Below are positions 1 to 13,596 of a stretch of 64,000 bases of DNA, piece by piece. A program made the position numbers and the translations under genes. The first letter of the stretch is position 1, and each line of letters starts with the position of its first letter. Location: positions 67,580,001 through 67,644,000 of the forward strand of contig CM075981.1 of NCBI GenBank assembly GCA_038087875.1, written 5' to 3'. Under the pieces are notes generated by a model. That model had not been told where the DNA came from. It was given only the letters and a program-made list of their open reading frames with translations, and searched no databases. The DNA is from Malacoraja senta. Taxonomy: Eukaryota.

Positions 1-385
1 CAATCTCGAGAATATTCATTGACATACTGAATCTCCTCAATCTTGTGAGGAAGGAGAAACATTGATGGACTTTCTTTACGATTGCATCAATGAGCTGGGC
101 CCAGGACAGATCTTCAGAGATATGCAAGCCTAGGAACTTGAAGTTGTTGACTCTCTCTGCTGCCATCCTGGGTGATTGGTCAAATCAGGCAAGGAAATAA
201 GAGGCAGATTGAGCTGGGTGAGGGTGGGAAGGGTGGAGGTGGAGACAAAGGCTGGAGGGTGATGAATATTTACACAAAAGCAAGTGCTGGAAACTGGCAC
301 GGGTAAATGGTTTCAGGAATTTGAAAAATATTGTAGATGCTGGAAATCTGGAATAAAACAGAAAATGCTGGAAACACTCAATACT

Positions 386-1443
386 GCAGATTCCCATGGC
401 TATCCTGGACTACACTTATTCCCACCCTGCTTCCTGTACACTCCAGCCCTACTCCCAATTCCTCCGTCTACGCCGCATGTGCACCCAGGATGATGTGTTC
501 CACACCAGGGCATCGGAAATGTCCTCATTCTTCAGGGAAAGGGGATTCCTCTCTTCTACTATAGATGAGGCTCTCACCAGGGTCTCTTCTATACCCGGTA
601 ACTCTGCTCTCACTCCCTATTCCTCCACTCACAAGGGCAGAGTCCCCCTTGTCCTCACCTTCCACCCTACCAGCCGTCACATGCAACAAATAATCCTCTG
701 ACATTTTCACCACCTCCAACGGGATCCCACCACTGGCCACATCTTCCCATCTCCTCCCCTGTCTGCTTTCTGCAGAGACCGCTCCCTCCGTAACTCCCTG
801 GTCAATTCATCCCTTCCCACCCAAACCACCCCCTCTCCTGGCAATTTCCCTTGCAACCGCAGGAAATGCTACACTTGTCGCATTACCTCCCACCTTGACT
901 CCATTCAAGGACCCAAGCAGTCTTTCCAAGTGCGGCAGAGGTTCACCTGCACCTCCTCCAACCTCATCTATTGCATCCGCTGCTCTAGATGTCAGCTGCT
1001 CTACATCGGTGAGACCAAGCGTACGCTTGGCGATCGCTTCTCCCAACACCTCCGCGCGGTTCGCATTAACCTACCTGATCTCCCGGTGGCTCAGCACTTC
1101 AACTCCAACCTTTCTGTCCTGGGACTCCTCCATGGCCAGAGTGAGGACCACCATAAATTGGAGGAGCAGCACCTCATATTTCGCTTGGGCAGTTTGCACC
1201 CCAGCGGTATGAACATTGACCTCTAATTTCAGGTAGTCCCTGCTTTCTCCTCCCCTTCTCAGCTCTCCCTCAGCCCACAGCTCTCCCTCCACCTCTTCCT
1301 TTCTTCTTCCCGCCCCCCCCCTCCCCACTCTCACATCAGTCTGAAGAAGGGTCTCGACCCGAAACATTGCCTATTTCCTTCGCTCCATAGATGCTGCCTC
1401 ACCCGCTGAGTTTCTCCAGCATTCTTGTCTACTTTTGATCTTC
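386..1443 (+). mobile_element. 5'-truncated Penelope-like element (Neptune type): RT thumb, Cys-rich linker, GIY-YIG endonuclease, 3' pLTR
   Basis: LDYTYSHP...PYSQFLRLRRMC, PCNRRKCYTC, NLIYCIRCSRCQLLYIGETKRTLGDRFSQH, PSGMN; stop at ~700 marks it as defective. Confidence 0.9.
1338..1371 (+). ncRNA. Minimal hammerhead ribozyme motif in PLE 3' pLTR (stem III G>A decayed)
   Basis: CTGAAGA-A-GGGT(CTCG)ACCC-GAAAC-ATT. Confidence 0.65.
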
Positions 1444-2169
1444 AATGTTAACTTTGAACTCTTTCCTCAATTGCTGCCTGACAGCATTCTCTGCTTATAC
1501 CTGCGATGGATTCGGAATGTTGATTGAGATCAGTCCAACATTGGGAATAACTCACGCAAAGATGGAACATAAACGTGGAACAAAATCTTGGAGCTCTCCT
1601 ACGTATTCGTTTTTTTTATTTTGGATTTCCAGGATGTGCCGTATGGTGTTGCCAGGGTTGTAGTCAATTTATCAGATCAGCGCCATTCATCAGGAGTGGG
1701 AAAAGTTGGAGATAAAGTACAGAGGAAGTGGGGAGCGAAAGAAAAGGGCAGTTTATGATAAAGTGGAAGTCAGGCGGAGGAAAGAGCAAAGTGGAATTGA
1801 ATGGAATGGAATACTTTATTGTCATGTGACAAAGCACAGTGAAATTATTTGCTTGCATATGCAATGTATGCAAATAGTCACCACATACAGTGCTGACAAA
1901 GTTACAAATTACCCCCGCTGGCTCCTCCATGGTTCTTCACCCCCCCCCCCTCACGTCGGTCCCCCCATGCCAGCTCCTCCATTGTTCTTCACCCTCCATC
2001 CCTCACGATGGCTCTTCTGCGCCCTCATCGACCGCCGACCGCCGACCGACCTGCGAGGCTTCACCGCTGCCGCCGCGAGAAGTGATAGGGGAAAAGTGAA
2101 ACAGCGTGGTGGAGGGATTAGTGAAGGTTAAAAAGTCAGTCAGGAGGAGGAGTGATTGGGAGAACCAAA

Positions 2170-3270
2170 CAAACTGTCTGAAATTACCAACAGGAAACTG
2201 TGAAGCTGGAAATGTGAAAAGCAAATGCTGGAACAACTGATTACTACAATCTGTTGAGCTCAGTGTTGAGTCCAGAAGGCTGAAGGTGCTCAGTCAGAAG
2301 ATGAGGAGTCATTCCTCCACCTTACACTGGACTCCATTTGAACAGTGGAAGGCCAGTTCCAGAGTGGTCAAAGTGAGGATAGGGCACTGAACCAGCAAGT
2401 GAATGCAACTTCTGGGTCACATTTGTGGAACAAGTGTTCTGCAAAACAATTACCCAATTTTGTTTGGTTTTACTAATATAGATGAGACTACATTGTGAGC
2501 GACAAAGGGACTATATTTTGTTACCAGATCTGCGGATACATTGCTGCTTCACTTGGAAAGGATGCTGAGGCTCCAGCAGTGGAACAGGAGAGGGCATAGC
2601 TTTAAGATAAGAGGGGCAAAGTTTAATGGAAATGTGTGGGACATGTTTTTTACAGAGAGGATGATGAGTGCCAGGGGCAGTGGTTGAGGCAGATACGATA
2701 GTGGCATTGGGAAGACTTTTAGATTGGCACTTGGATATGCAGGTAATAGAAGGATATGGATTATGTGCGGACAGAGAACATTTGGCCTTATATTTGGCAT
2801 AGACGTAGTGGACCAAAGGGCCTGTTCCAGTGCTGTACTGTTCTATATTCCATGTTCTATATAAAAGAGCAGAAGTGGCATCTCATACAAATACTATTTC
2901 CACAGTCGGATGTAATGGGAAATGGAGTGGCTTTTGGTGCAGATGGACGAGTAAACCAATCCATCCAGGAGGCAATCATCCTGAAGGAACGCTGAAAGAG
3001 GAGGAAATGGCAAGAAGAGCCAAACAGTGGCACAACATAGAAGATATTAGCAGTGCATGAAATGTTATGGGTGCTTGAGTAAAAAATGAATGTATGGGGA
3101 ACCCTATTCCTGCTTCAGGAGGGGATGAGAAGGCTTGAGATCAGAGAGCGTGGTAGCTAGTCAGATATCGTTCAGGTTTCATCAGACATGTTGGAGGAGA
3201 AGCCAGTCTTTGAGGAAAAAGGATAATGGATTGGGACCATCAATGCAGTAGGTGGCACCAATGGAACAGA
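2170..3270 (-). mobile_element. Old degenerate PLE fragment interrupted by a + strand CR1 3' end (~2580-2860)
   Basis: Resembles the reverse complement of the 386-1443 element (TGCTTCACTTGGAAAGGA etc.); the insert has the AAGGGCCTGTT...TGTTCTAT CR1 tail. Confidence 0.5.
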
Positions 3271-6200
3271 TGAAGTGGGGTGGAGGAACTGGGAACAGCG
3301 TTCCTGCATGAAGCAAGAGAGGAGGAATTGCAGTCAAAGTTACTGTGGAATAATTCCCAGCTCTTTTACAAAGTAGTGCCATATGATCATCCACATGAGA
3401 GGGCTGGGTTGTCTTTGGTTCCTGGTTTGCAATCTCTGCGACATCTGCAGTGCATGTTGCCATCAGTTCAGCAGCCTAGCTCTTTGCACCCAGGACTAAA
3501 ACTGATTACTCATCCCATTTTGATGCAAGTGGAGCCTCTGCTGTGCGCAAGTTGGCTACTACAGGTCCCACCATTTCCATCTGGACTTCACTCATCTGAG
3601 AAGTGTGTTGGGTCATCCAATTACTGTGAAAGGTTTATGGAATACAGTTCTTCTCTTGGAATAGAGCACTGTTCTCAGAAGTGTCGTTCCACTGTAATCG
3701 AGGTAATACAAGCCTAATATGACTATGCCCCTAATCGAAGCACCATTGTTTCATTTTAACAGGATATCAGGTCTCCAAGGACTTGCAGCACTTCAAGAGT
3801 TAAGTTTCCATCAGGAGGATTCACATTGCAGCTTGTTAATAGCAGCTCAATTGCTTGTGATGCTGGCATGGTACTTGGCCTGCAGAACTGATCGCCTTGT
3901 TCAGCATCAAGTGAATGGCTGTTGTTTTTGTCAACCAACTCCAGCACCACTTGCAAACGTAGTACTTCAACCACAGACACTGGTCAACAAAAGTTGCTGT
4001 CTGAGGTGACAGAATCTCCTACTTCTCCAACCCGCACCACCGCCATCTCACTCATCCCTTCCCCCCTCCCCCCTCAGCCCAATTACACAGGTTCACAGAA
4101 GACTCAGCCGTCAATGTTGTGTTGTGACATGTTGTAGAACCAGACTGACAAATGGGGTTTGCCAACTTTGGTTGGATAGATTCCTGGAGAATTCATCATG
4201 TGACCTCCCACCTTCAACCTCCCCCCCCCCCCAGCCCCAGCCAACATTATTTTCCTAATCTCCAATACTTCTATAGCTAACAAACGAGAGTGCTCAAACT
4301 ATAAAATTGCATAAAACACACTGTGCTTGTGGTAGCCAGGACTTTAATCTTTAATTCCTTGAAGGTTGGCATCGTTGAAGTCTAACCTCAGTTCTAACCG
4401 GGTTATGTGCCTTTGTGCCGCTTCTTTGTGCCAACCAAAGCTCGCTTCCAATGAGGAACCATCTGCTGCAGAAGTCAGAAATGGTGCTGGCGATAGCGAG
4501 TATATCCCGGCTTCTGCCAAGACGTTCTCTACTTCCACCACGGAGGTGCCAATCCACCCATACTAGTTGGAGATGCATGACATTGGGTTACCTAGTGAGC
4601 CAACAAAATTAGTCGTAAAACGTCGGGGATTCAAGGCAGCAGAGGTTCCTTCCAGTCTTGAGACCAAGTCAGTCATTGGCTTCAATCCTGCAATGCTGTC
4701 TTAAGGCTTCTGGCTTTCCTGGATATCCAGGAAGTAGAAATAGGCCTGGAACAAGCTTGAACCTGGCTCCTATAAAGGTGAGATCCTGGGAGCTTCCAGC
4801 TGGAACCTCTCCTGATTTATTAATAGGCATAATTTACTGAATTTTGAGACTTTCCGTTGCACACTCTATCTGGTTCCCTCCTGCGACCCTACCATCATTA
4901 CTCTGTCATCTGGGTGATGCTGAGGCCTTTTAATAGCTTCTCACCTAATACTGACAACCATTCTGCAATCTTGACAAACATTTTGCAAAGACCAAATGCA
5001 ATGGGGCTGGTCCAAATATCAATAACTTCCTCTGGTATCTTGTGTACAATGACTATAAAAAATATTTCTTTCAGATAGGATTGAAGAACGCCTTATTCTA
5101 TTGCCAATTTTAAGGCAGATTGGATGCATTTTCATTATGGTATAACAAATGGGTTAACGAATCCTGCCATGCACTAAAACCATACGCATCACTCCTTCAT
5201 ATTCATATCCGATCATGCCTTACAGTTACAATCTTGCAATATTTCCCATTTATGATATTGAGAATAATTCTCACTTATTGATGTTACAACACTAACTGGA
5301 GCTCTTTGACCAGATTTTCGTCTCTAATGCTAGAATAATAAACCAGTGGAGTGGGATTATCAATATGCTACAATTTATCTCATTTTCAATGCCCAATTTA
5401 GCATCTAGGCGTCGAAGGCCCCTTCCTTCATGTGAACAACTCTTTAGCTACACAACTCTTTAAAAACTAAGGGGCAGGTAGCCTCCTCCCGCTCCTGTTT
5501 CTTTGTGTTCTAATAAACTTAACAGTCAATTCTCAGTCGAAGCAGTAGGTTTCATGATCATCTTAAAGGACAGAGAGGCAGAGGGGTGGATTTTCAGATC
5601 TCAAGGTCAAGGCAACAAACGGCACTACTGCCAAAGCTAAATTGATATAATTTGAGATTGCAGGGGAATTCGGAAATGGAGGAGCATAGGAATACTGGAA
5701 GATTTTGGCCAAAGGAAGGGAAGAGGCCATGTTGCAGTTGGTTTCCAATCTTCCAACCACCCCCATCCTCATCCCCATCCCCATAATCAACATTTTTATG
5801 GTAATTGCTTCAGTGAAGTTTGTTCCCTTGATGTTTCTTAGAAGCAAATTATTCTTCCTCTTTGCAAACCTTATGTATTTTGTTATCAAAACCTCTTTTA
5901 AATCAGATATTGACTCAACCCCACTTTATTTTTCCCCCCCACGATGTCAACGTCTACAAATGAGACCTTAGAGCAAATGGGATTAGCTTTGATGGGGCAT
6001 CGTGATCAGCATAAACAAGTTGGGCCAAAGAGCCTGTTTCTGTGCTCTATGATTCTGGAATTTCTTGAACAATGTATTTTTAATTCATGCTCTGAATGTT
6101 GGGGAAATCATTCCATTCTGATAGAAATTGTCTCTTGCCTTTTATTTTCTACCTTGAATTGGTGTGCCTCTTGCCTTTTGAGATTCTGCCCAGGCTTTAC

Positions 6201-8034
6201 AATTAACAAAAAAAGGGGGTAATTTTAACTACAGATTATCAGTTGATAAAAAAACAGATGAACCTGAAATATATGCTTAGTGCAAATTAGTCCCCCTTCA
6301 TGGTTGGTTGAAGTTTAGAGTGGACTTGGATTATAGTTGGCTGAAACAATAGCAGACATTTTGTAAAGAAGTCCAAATTCAAAATAACCCCCAGTTAATG
6401 TGAACGCAGGCTTAAAATCAAAATTGCAAACCTGACAACTTACTAGTCCATACACTCAATACTGGAACAATTATTAGACTTTCTAACACCATAGCCACCA
6501 GGTTAAGAGAACCTTAGCTTGTTGTGACTTCTTTAGTCTCTAGATTGGCAGCAACGATCAACTAATATTCTTGACCTAAAATAATTAAGCATCAGTTACA
6601 TCAAGATATGTAACATTGGAGTACTTTTGGAAACTAGTTTAAAAAAATGTTAAAACCAAGTATAATTACGTAGCTGGTTTAAAATGCGATTATTATTTAA
6701 TTCAGATAACATAGGTTGAGGAAAAAATAAAGTATTTTCCATGCTTGCCATAGGCTGTAAACATTTGCTGGCCATGTAAAACATGTATTCTTTGATGCAG
6801 AACATGAAATTCTGCAGCTTAAACAGACACTGATGTTAGTTAAAATAAAACAGAAAATGCTGGGTATATTCAGTGGGTCAGGTTATATCAGAGGGGAGAG
6901 AAAAAGATTTAATGTTTCAGATCAATAACCCTTCATCTGCTCCAGAAAAACAAGATGCAAGCCTGTTTTAAGCTGCAGGGAAGGGGAGGGATGGAGAGGA
7001 CAGAAGGAATTCCTGCGATAGTGTGGAGAGCACTCAAACAATTGTTCTCAGTGATATTTAAGAAATAGAAATTAATGCTTGTTAATTCTACCTGATCTGC
7101 CCGGTGGATTGCAAACTGAGGGAGATGAATAAGGGCAGCAAAGAGAAATAAAACCCATCGGAATTGCGAAATGCAGAACAAAGCAGTTGCTGGAACTCTT
7201 AAATAAATGAGAATGCTAGAAACAGAGACCAGGTCGGGCATCGTCTGTGGAGAGAGAGAGACCTGCTGTTAGAAATGGACAGCATGGAAACAGAACTGAC
7301 CAGTTCCGACACAAACAGGAAAGGCTGGTTATCCAAAATTGTTGAATTCAATATATTGATTCTCGAGGGCGGCAATTGCTTTGACTGAAGATGAAGGGTT
7401 TTTTCTTGGGACGTGGCAATGTTATTATTTGAAAATATTTTACAGGTTTTCTTTTGATTTGGATTCATTTATTTTGCTTTTACTTTCTTTACTTGGGTCA
7501 AAAAGCGAAAGGCTCTGATCAGTGCATGAAAGGTATGATTACCTATCAAAGGGTGCATGCAGGGTTAAATCTGTCAGCTTTTGGACTGGCATTTGCACAA
7601 TTGTGTGGCTTCTGGATAGACACATGGATATGCAGGGAATGGAAAGATATGGATCACATACAGGCAGAGGCAGTTAATTTAACGTCATCATGTTCTGCAC
7701 AGACATTGTGAGCCGAAGGGCCTGTTCCTGAGCTGTACTGTTCTATTTTCTGTATACTAATTTCTCCATTTTTGGTGGGGATCTGTGCAGATCTGTCGTC
7801 TTACATCATAGGTTTTATGTTAGGAGAGTGTGGAGAATCAGTCTCCTGTCCTACCACACGTTGGGTCACACAGCCCAAGAGGAGCACAGATTTTGTGTCC
7901 AATTCCCTTTGACTTGACTAATCTCAGCAGCAAGGGTAACTCATTCAACAATAACTGGCCTTGGTACCTTTGAGAGAAAAGAAACACAAAGCGACACATA
8001 ATCAGCTCCAGCTTCTCATTGGCATCCAATGACC

Positions 8035-8277
8035 CGTACTTGCCTGTACGGAGTCTGTACGTTCTCCCCGTGACTTGTGTGGGTTTTCTCCGGGAAGCTC
8101 AGATTTCCTCCCACACTCCAAAGATGTACAGGCTTGTAGGTTAATTGACTTGGTATAAATGTAAATTGTCCCTAGTGCGTGTAGGATAGTGTTAGTGTGT
8201 GGGGATTGCTGGTCGGCGCTGAATCGTTGGGCTGAAGGGCATGTTTCCACGCTGTACATCTAAACTAAACTAAACCT
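8035..8277 (+). mobile_element. V-SINE/HE1-like SINE, 5' truncated
   Basis: TGTACGTTCTCCCCGTGAC...TTTCCTCCCACACTCCAAAGA central domain, CR1-type tail and (CTAAA)n end. Confidence 0.8.
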
Positions 8278-9749
8278 AAGACCCATGCTGGAAGGCATGC
8301 TCTGTGCGTTACAGGTATGGATGATATGAGTTTAGCACTCCCCGCTTTCACAGACAATTTGCTGGTCCTCCTCCAAAGTTCACACACAGCCCTGCCTTGA
8401 AAAACTATCCTGTTCCTTCCTCGTCACTGTGTCTCAATCCTGAAACTCCATTTCCTCCAGCAGTGTGGAACCATCTTCCTCACAAGGACGTCAATAAGAT
8501 AGCTCAGAACCTTCGCCAATTAAGGATGGACAATGAATGCTGGGGTTTACCAACAATGCCAAGGTCCTGAAGATGAAAAAATCAATGAAACAAATTGCTT
8601 GCTGAAACCCATTTTCTCCATTAAAAAAAAAAATCTGGGCTATCAGCACGTTGGAGATGAAAAAATTGGCACATAAAGGAACAAAATTAGCAGAGGGGAA
8701 TGTTTAACTAAATTAATGCCTATATTTTAAAGGCTCAAAAATCACTGTGCATTCTGCAGCAGGCTTTAGCAGCACGTTAGAGGGGGGGGGGGGGGGGGGG
8801 TTCAGTAAATACGAACGAACAGAATTCTGGAAACTTCTATTCATGGACACAATAACCAGCGTCGATTTGGAAAGTAATTATTCAGCTGCCAACCTGAGTG
8901 CTGAAATCCTCTTGGCTGTTAAACAATGGATTGGAGCAATAGAAAATATTTTACTTTCTAAACTTGTGTCTGTCAATTTAAATAAATGTATGTGATCGTG
9001 CTTCTGTATTAGGCAGACATGAAGGGATCTCTTCAACACTGACATGAGACATCGGATTATTAGTTTTACACAGTATCACACAAAGCTTTGCGAGCAAATA
9101 TTCACCAAATTGTACAGACAATGTGTGGATGAATTAATGCTGTGGGGTGCAATTTGCTTTGATCTCCTGCTGACAGAAGTAGTGGATTTTTTTAGTATTT
9201 TGTTCATATATGTATATTTAAATAAGCATGCACATAAATGCATTGATGTATAAACAAATATACATGGACATATAAAGGGGGGTGGAGGCGAAACTTGCAT
9301 TTAGGCTGCACTGTAAACCACTTCAGGAGATTTCAAAGTGCTTCATTGCCAATGAATTACTTTGTGAAGTGTAGTCACCGGTTTCGAAAGTCATTCTCTC
9401 ATGAAAACACATGATAAAATGGCGCCATGCAGCTGAATGCATCAGCCTTGTCCTGATGATCTTACTGTTTGATACCCCTATGCACATTTTGTCCAAGGAT
9501 TTAACCATGTTCTCCTAATTAGTGCATGTTAAGTACAAGTATGTAGTTTTAGGAGCCCTCCACTTGCTGAAACCGATCAAAGCTAATTGAGTTTATAGCT
9601 GCGCTTGTAAAAGTGACATGACCGTGTCTTGGGGAGCATGAGCAACAATAGCAGCAGAGACTCACGAGTGGCAACCTATGCCAACATTGGGAGTTCAATA
9701 CCTACACATCAGGATCCCAGTGAACTAGCATGCATTAAAGTAATGGCAT

Positions 9750-10580
9750 TTGCAGGAGAATCTGTGGAATTCTTTGCCACAGAAGGCTGTGGAGGCGAAG
9801 TCAATGGATATTTTTAAGGCACAGATAGAGTGGATGTGGAAAGGATGGTTCCACTGGTTGGAGAGTCTAGGACCAGAGCTCATAGCCTCAGAATTAAAGG
9901 GCGCTTTTTTAGAAAGCAGGTGAGGAGGAACTTCTTTACATAGAAACATAGAAACATAGAAAATAGGTGCAGGAGTAGGCCATTCGGCCCTTCGAGCCTG
10001 CATCGCCATTCAATATGATCATGGCTGATCATCCAACTCAGTATCCTGTACCTGCCTTCTCTCCATACCCCCTGATCCCTTTAGCCACAAGGGCCACATC
10101 TAACTCCCTCTTAAATATAGCCAATGAACTGGCCTCAACTACCTTCTGTGGCATAGAATTCCAGAGATTCACCACTCTCTGTGTGAAAAATGTTTTTCTC
10201 ATCTCGGTCCTAAAAGATTTTCCCTTTATCCTTAAACTGTGACCCCTTGCCCTGGACTTCTCCAACATCGGGAACAATCTTCCTGCATCTAGCCTGTCCA
10301 ACCCCTTAAGAATTTTGTAAGTTTCTATAAGATCCCCCCAGTCAGAGACTTTAGTCAGAGAGTAGTTAATCTGTGGAACTCATTGTCACAGAAGGCTGTG
10401 GAGGCCAAGTCAGTGGATATTTTTAAGGCAGAGTTAGACAAATTCTTGATTAGAATGGGTGTCAAGGAATATTGGGAGAAGGCAGGAAAATAGGATTAGG
10501 AGGCAGAGATTAGCCATGATTGAATGGCGGAGTAGACTCGATGGGACGAATGGCCTAATTCTACTCCTATAACTTGTGAA
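9750..10580 (+). mobile_element. CR1 LINE 3' end containing a nested minus-strand CR1 3' end (9938-10340) with (CATAGAAA)n tail
   Basis: RGHSLRIKG...FFTQRVVNLWNS CR1 ORF2 C-terminus in ORF 10038..10301; host sequence resumes at 10349. Confidence 0.85.
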
Positions 10581-10730
10581 TATAAGACCAACCTATCCAA
10601 TCCCTCCTCACACATTAGTCCTACCATCCTCAGTAAAGGAACAGCCAGGCACTACAGATCATAATAAAAAATGATTAAAATTGAGAATAGTAAAAATGGT
10701 GAAAGTCAGGTCAATCAATTAAAAGAACAG

Positions 10731-11117
10731 TTGTAGGAAGGAACTACAGATGATGGTAGTTAGTCATAAAATGCTGGAGTAACTCAACAGGACAGGCAGC
10801 ATCTCTGGATAGAAGGGATGAGAGACCCTTCTTCAGACTGACAGTCAGGGGAGAGGGAGACACAGAGATAAGGATGGGTATGGTGTGAAAACGAGACATC
10901 GAAAGAGATGAGGCTCAAGAAAAATGCAGAATCGATCATTGTTAGCTAGGAGAAGGCGACAACAAAGCAAATAGAGGTAAAATGTAATCAAGGGGACAGT
11001 TAGACTGGTCGGAGAACTGGGAAGGGGGAGGGATGGAGATAGAGGGAGAAAGCAAGGGTTACTTGAAGTTGGAGAATTCAATATGCATACCGCTGGGGTG
11101 TAAGCAGCCCAAGAGAA
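10731..11117 (-). mobile_element. PLE 3' end (endonuclease C-terminus plus pLTR, hammerhead partly deleted)
   Basis: Minus strand encodes ...PSGMHIEFSNFK* followed by the pLTR shared with the fold-back family. Confidence 0.8.
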
Positions 11118-11119
11118 AA

Positions 11120-13080
11120 GTTAACTTTGAGGCGCTTGAGAATAGAAGTTGGGAAGATGAAATGGGTAGCAAAGTTGGCAAATGGCATTGTGGAACATCA
11201 ATGAGAAACTCTTAGAATGGTAATGAACAGAGTGCATGAAATATATATTTTGTCATAAGAACAAGCTAAACACACAAGAGGCAGTGCAGATAAATAAAGT
11301 CATTTGGGTCTGACTGAAGAAAAGAGGTTGCAATCAAAAATATGACAGCAGAAGAAATTTTTAAAAACCAAGAAGGGATTAACATAGAAGTAAATAAAAA
11401 CTATTAGGAAATCAAGGATGAATTATGAAATTAAATTAGAAATGAACAGTGAAAAATGAGAATTATTTTAGACACATCGGAAAAGAAAGCAAGCTTGGGT
11501 TGGGAATAGGACCATTAAGTGATAGAAAGAGGAACACTACAGATAACAATAGGTTTACAGCAGAAATACTAAATCATTATTGTCATTATTTTGCTTTGGT
11601 ATTTACCAGGGGAGATAGAACCGGTGTACATGAGCAATGAGATGTGCATTTCAAACAGAAAAATGCGGCGTATTAAATAAACAAATCAAACTCAAAGAGA
11701 ATGAAAACCCATGGTCTGGATGGATTACATCCAGGCATTATTTTTTAAAAAATCTAAGGAAGAGAAAGGGAAATGATTGCCCATGTTTAATAACCTGTTA
11801 AGAATAAGGGTGTCCTGCCTGACAGAAAGGCAGAAAGCTAATGTAATACTGAAACTCAAGCAGGGTGATAGTACATGTCCAAGGGATTATAGACCAGATT
11901 AACAGTAGTAGGAGAAATAATAGAATCCCTGCTAAAGGAGAGAATATAACATCTTGAAATGAAAGGAATTGTCAGCTTGGATTTCAAAAAGCAAAACCTT
12001 GTTTGACCAACGTTGATTACTTGAGAATGTGACAAAAAAAAATAGACAATACTAATGTGGTAGATATAATTTATCTGGATTTCCAAAAGGCTTTTGATAA
12101 GGTGCCCCACAATAGATTCATGAATAAAGTCAAGGGATATGGAGTCAGGGGACAAGCAGTAGAAGGTGTTCTAAACTGGCTTCAGCACAGGTGTTAGAGA
12201 GTGGGGATAAAGAACAGTGTTAGGAGATGGGCATTGGTATTCCATTAGTGCCAGAACCAATCTTATTAATGTGTAGGAAGGAACTCCTGATGCGGGTTTA
12301 AACCAAAGATAGACACAAAAAGCTGGAGTAACTCAGCGGGTCAGGCAGCATCTCTGGGTCTCGATCGGAAACGTCACCCATTCCTTCTCTCCAGAGATGC
12401 TTGCTGCCTGTCCCGCTGAGTTACTCCAGCATTTTGTGTCTATCTCCAATCTTGTTAATGATACAGTCTGGAATCAAAAACTTATCTAACTTATCAGACA
12501 CTAACACATTGTCTGATGCAGTTGGTAGGGAGGTGCAAGGGAATACTTCCACTGTGGTGGACTCTAACAAATTACAGGAGGTTATTAATAAAATTGCAGA
12601 ATTGGGTAATAATTGACTAATGAAATTCAACATAGAGAAATATAATATAATAGAGCAAGGCAATATATTCTGGTGGAATAAAAATAGGTCACATAAAGAT
12701 CTAGCCAGGATAAGGGATGAAAGAAATCTCGGAGCACCCAAACACCAATCACTAGAAGTTGTACAAGTCCAATGATTAGATCAAACCAGGATTTATTTCA
12801 AGAGAAATAGAATTGAAAAATAGGAAATATATGGCAAATGTGAATGGGAACTTGGTTAATCTCAATTTAGGGGACTGTGTACAGTTTTGGTCACTAAAAT
12901 AATACAGCGGCAGTGTAGAGGGAACATAAGGGATTTACAAGGGAGGTACCAGAAATGTGAAGATGTGCACGGAAGCCAATGATGAACAGGCTGGAAGAAA
13001 AGAAGATTGAAGAGCGGCCTAACAAAGACCTTTGAAAGGTTTAATGGAGTGGACACAGCAAGAAAGGCTAGGACGAGAGG
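11120..13080 (+). mobile_element. Old CR1-type LINE ORF2 remnant
   Basis: GATATAATTTATCTGGATTTCCAAAAGGCTTTTGATAAGGTGCCCCAC = DIIYLDFQKAFDKVPH at ~12063-12110. Confidence 0.8.
12272..12445. mobile_element. PLE-derived fold-back element, 15-bp TSD
   Basis: Inverted arms; flanks CCAATCTTATTAATG (12257-12271) / CCAATCTTGTTAATG (12446-12460). Confidence 0.85.
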
Positions 13081-13292
13081 GGACTCAAGCGTAGCATGGC
13101 CTTGTAGTGGCAAATGGTCTACATCTGTGCCATAAATCCTACGTATGTTATTCTATGTATGGCAGTGAAGAAGTTGCCAAGTTTGACATATGAACCATAC
13201 GGGGGTTTCTGAGGTTAGTCAACCACCTGAATAACTTGTTGTCCCATCTGTGTAAGACTTGTGAGCTCCCTGTAAAAGAATGTGGAATGTTA

Positions 13293-13596
13293 GACACAAA
13301 ATGCTGGAGTAACTCAGCGGGACAGTCAGCATCTCTGGAGAGAAGGAATGGGTGTTGTTTTGGGTCAAGACCCTTCTTCAGTCTGAAGACCTATTTTTTT
13401 TTTCCCCACCAGAATATATTATCTTGCATTTCTCTATGTTGAATGGGTGATGTTTTGGGGTCAAGACCCTGCTTCAGTCTCGACCTGAAACATCACCCAT
13501 TCCTTCTCTCCAGAGATGCTGTCTGTCCCGCTGAGTTACTCCAGCATTTTGTGTCTATCTTCGGTTTAAACCAGCATCTGGAGTTCCTTCCTACAC
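13293..13596. mobile_element. PLE-derived fold-back element with internal filler, 14-bp TSD
   Basis: AATGTGGAATGTTA at 13279-13292 and 13597-13610; inverted arms. Confidence 0.85.

Noticed and set aside
3280-4009. ORFs of 145 and 96 aa as a host gene
   Set aside because: No splice or homology support; more likely the antisense of a decayed RTE-like LINE (similar tract at 17340-17720), too degraded to call.
4153-4375. Possible hAT-like MITE with GGTTGCCAAC/GTTGGCA termini
   Set aside because: Termini too degenerate and no TSD found.
8781-8800. Long G/C homopolymers here and elsewhere as functional G-quadruplexes
   Set aside because: Frequent throughout the window with lengths unreliable in assemblies; no specific evidence.
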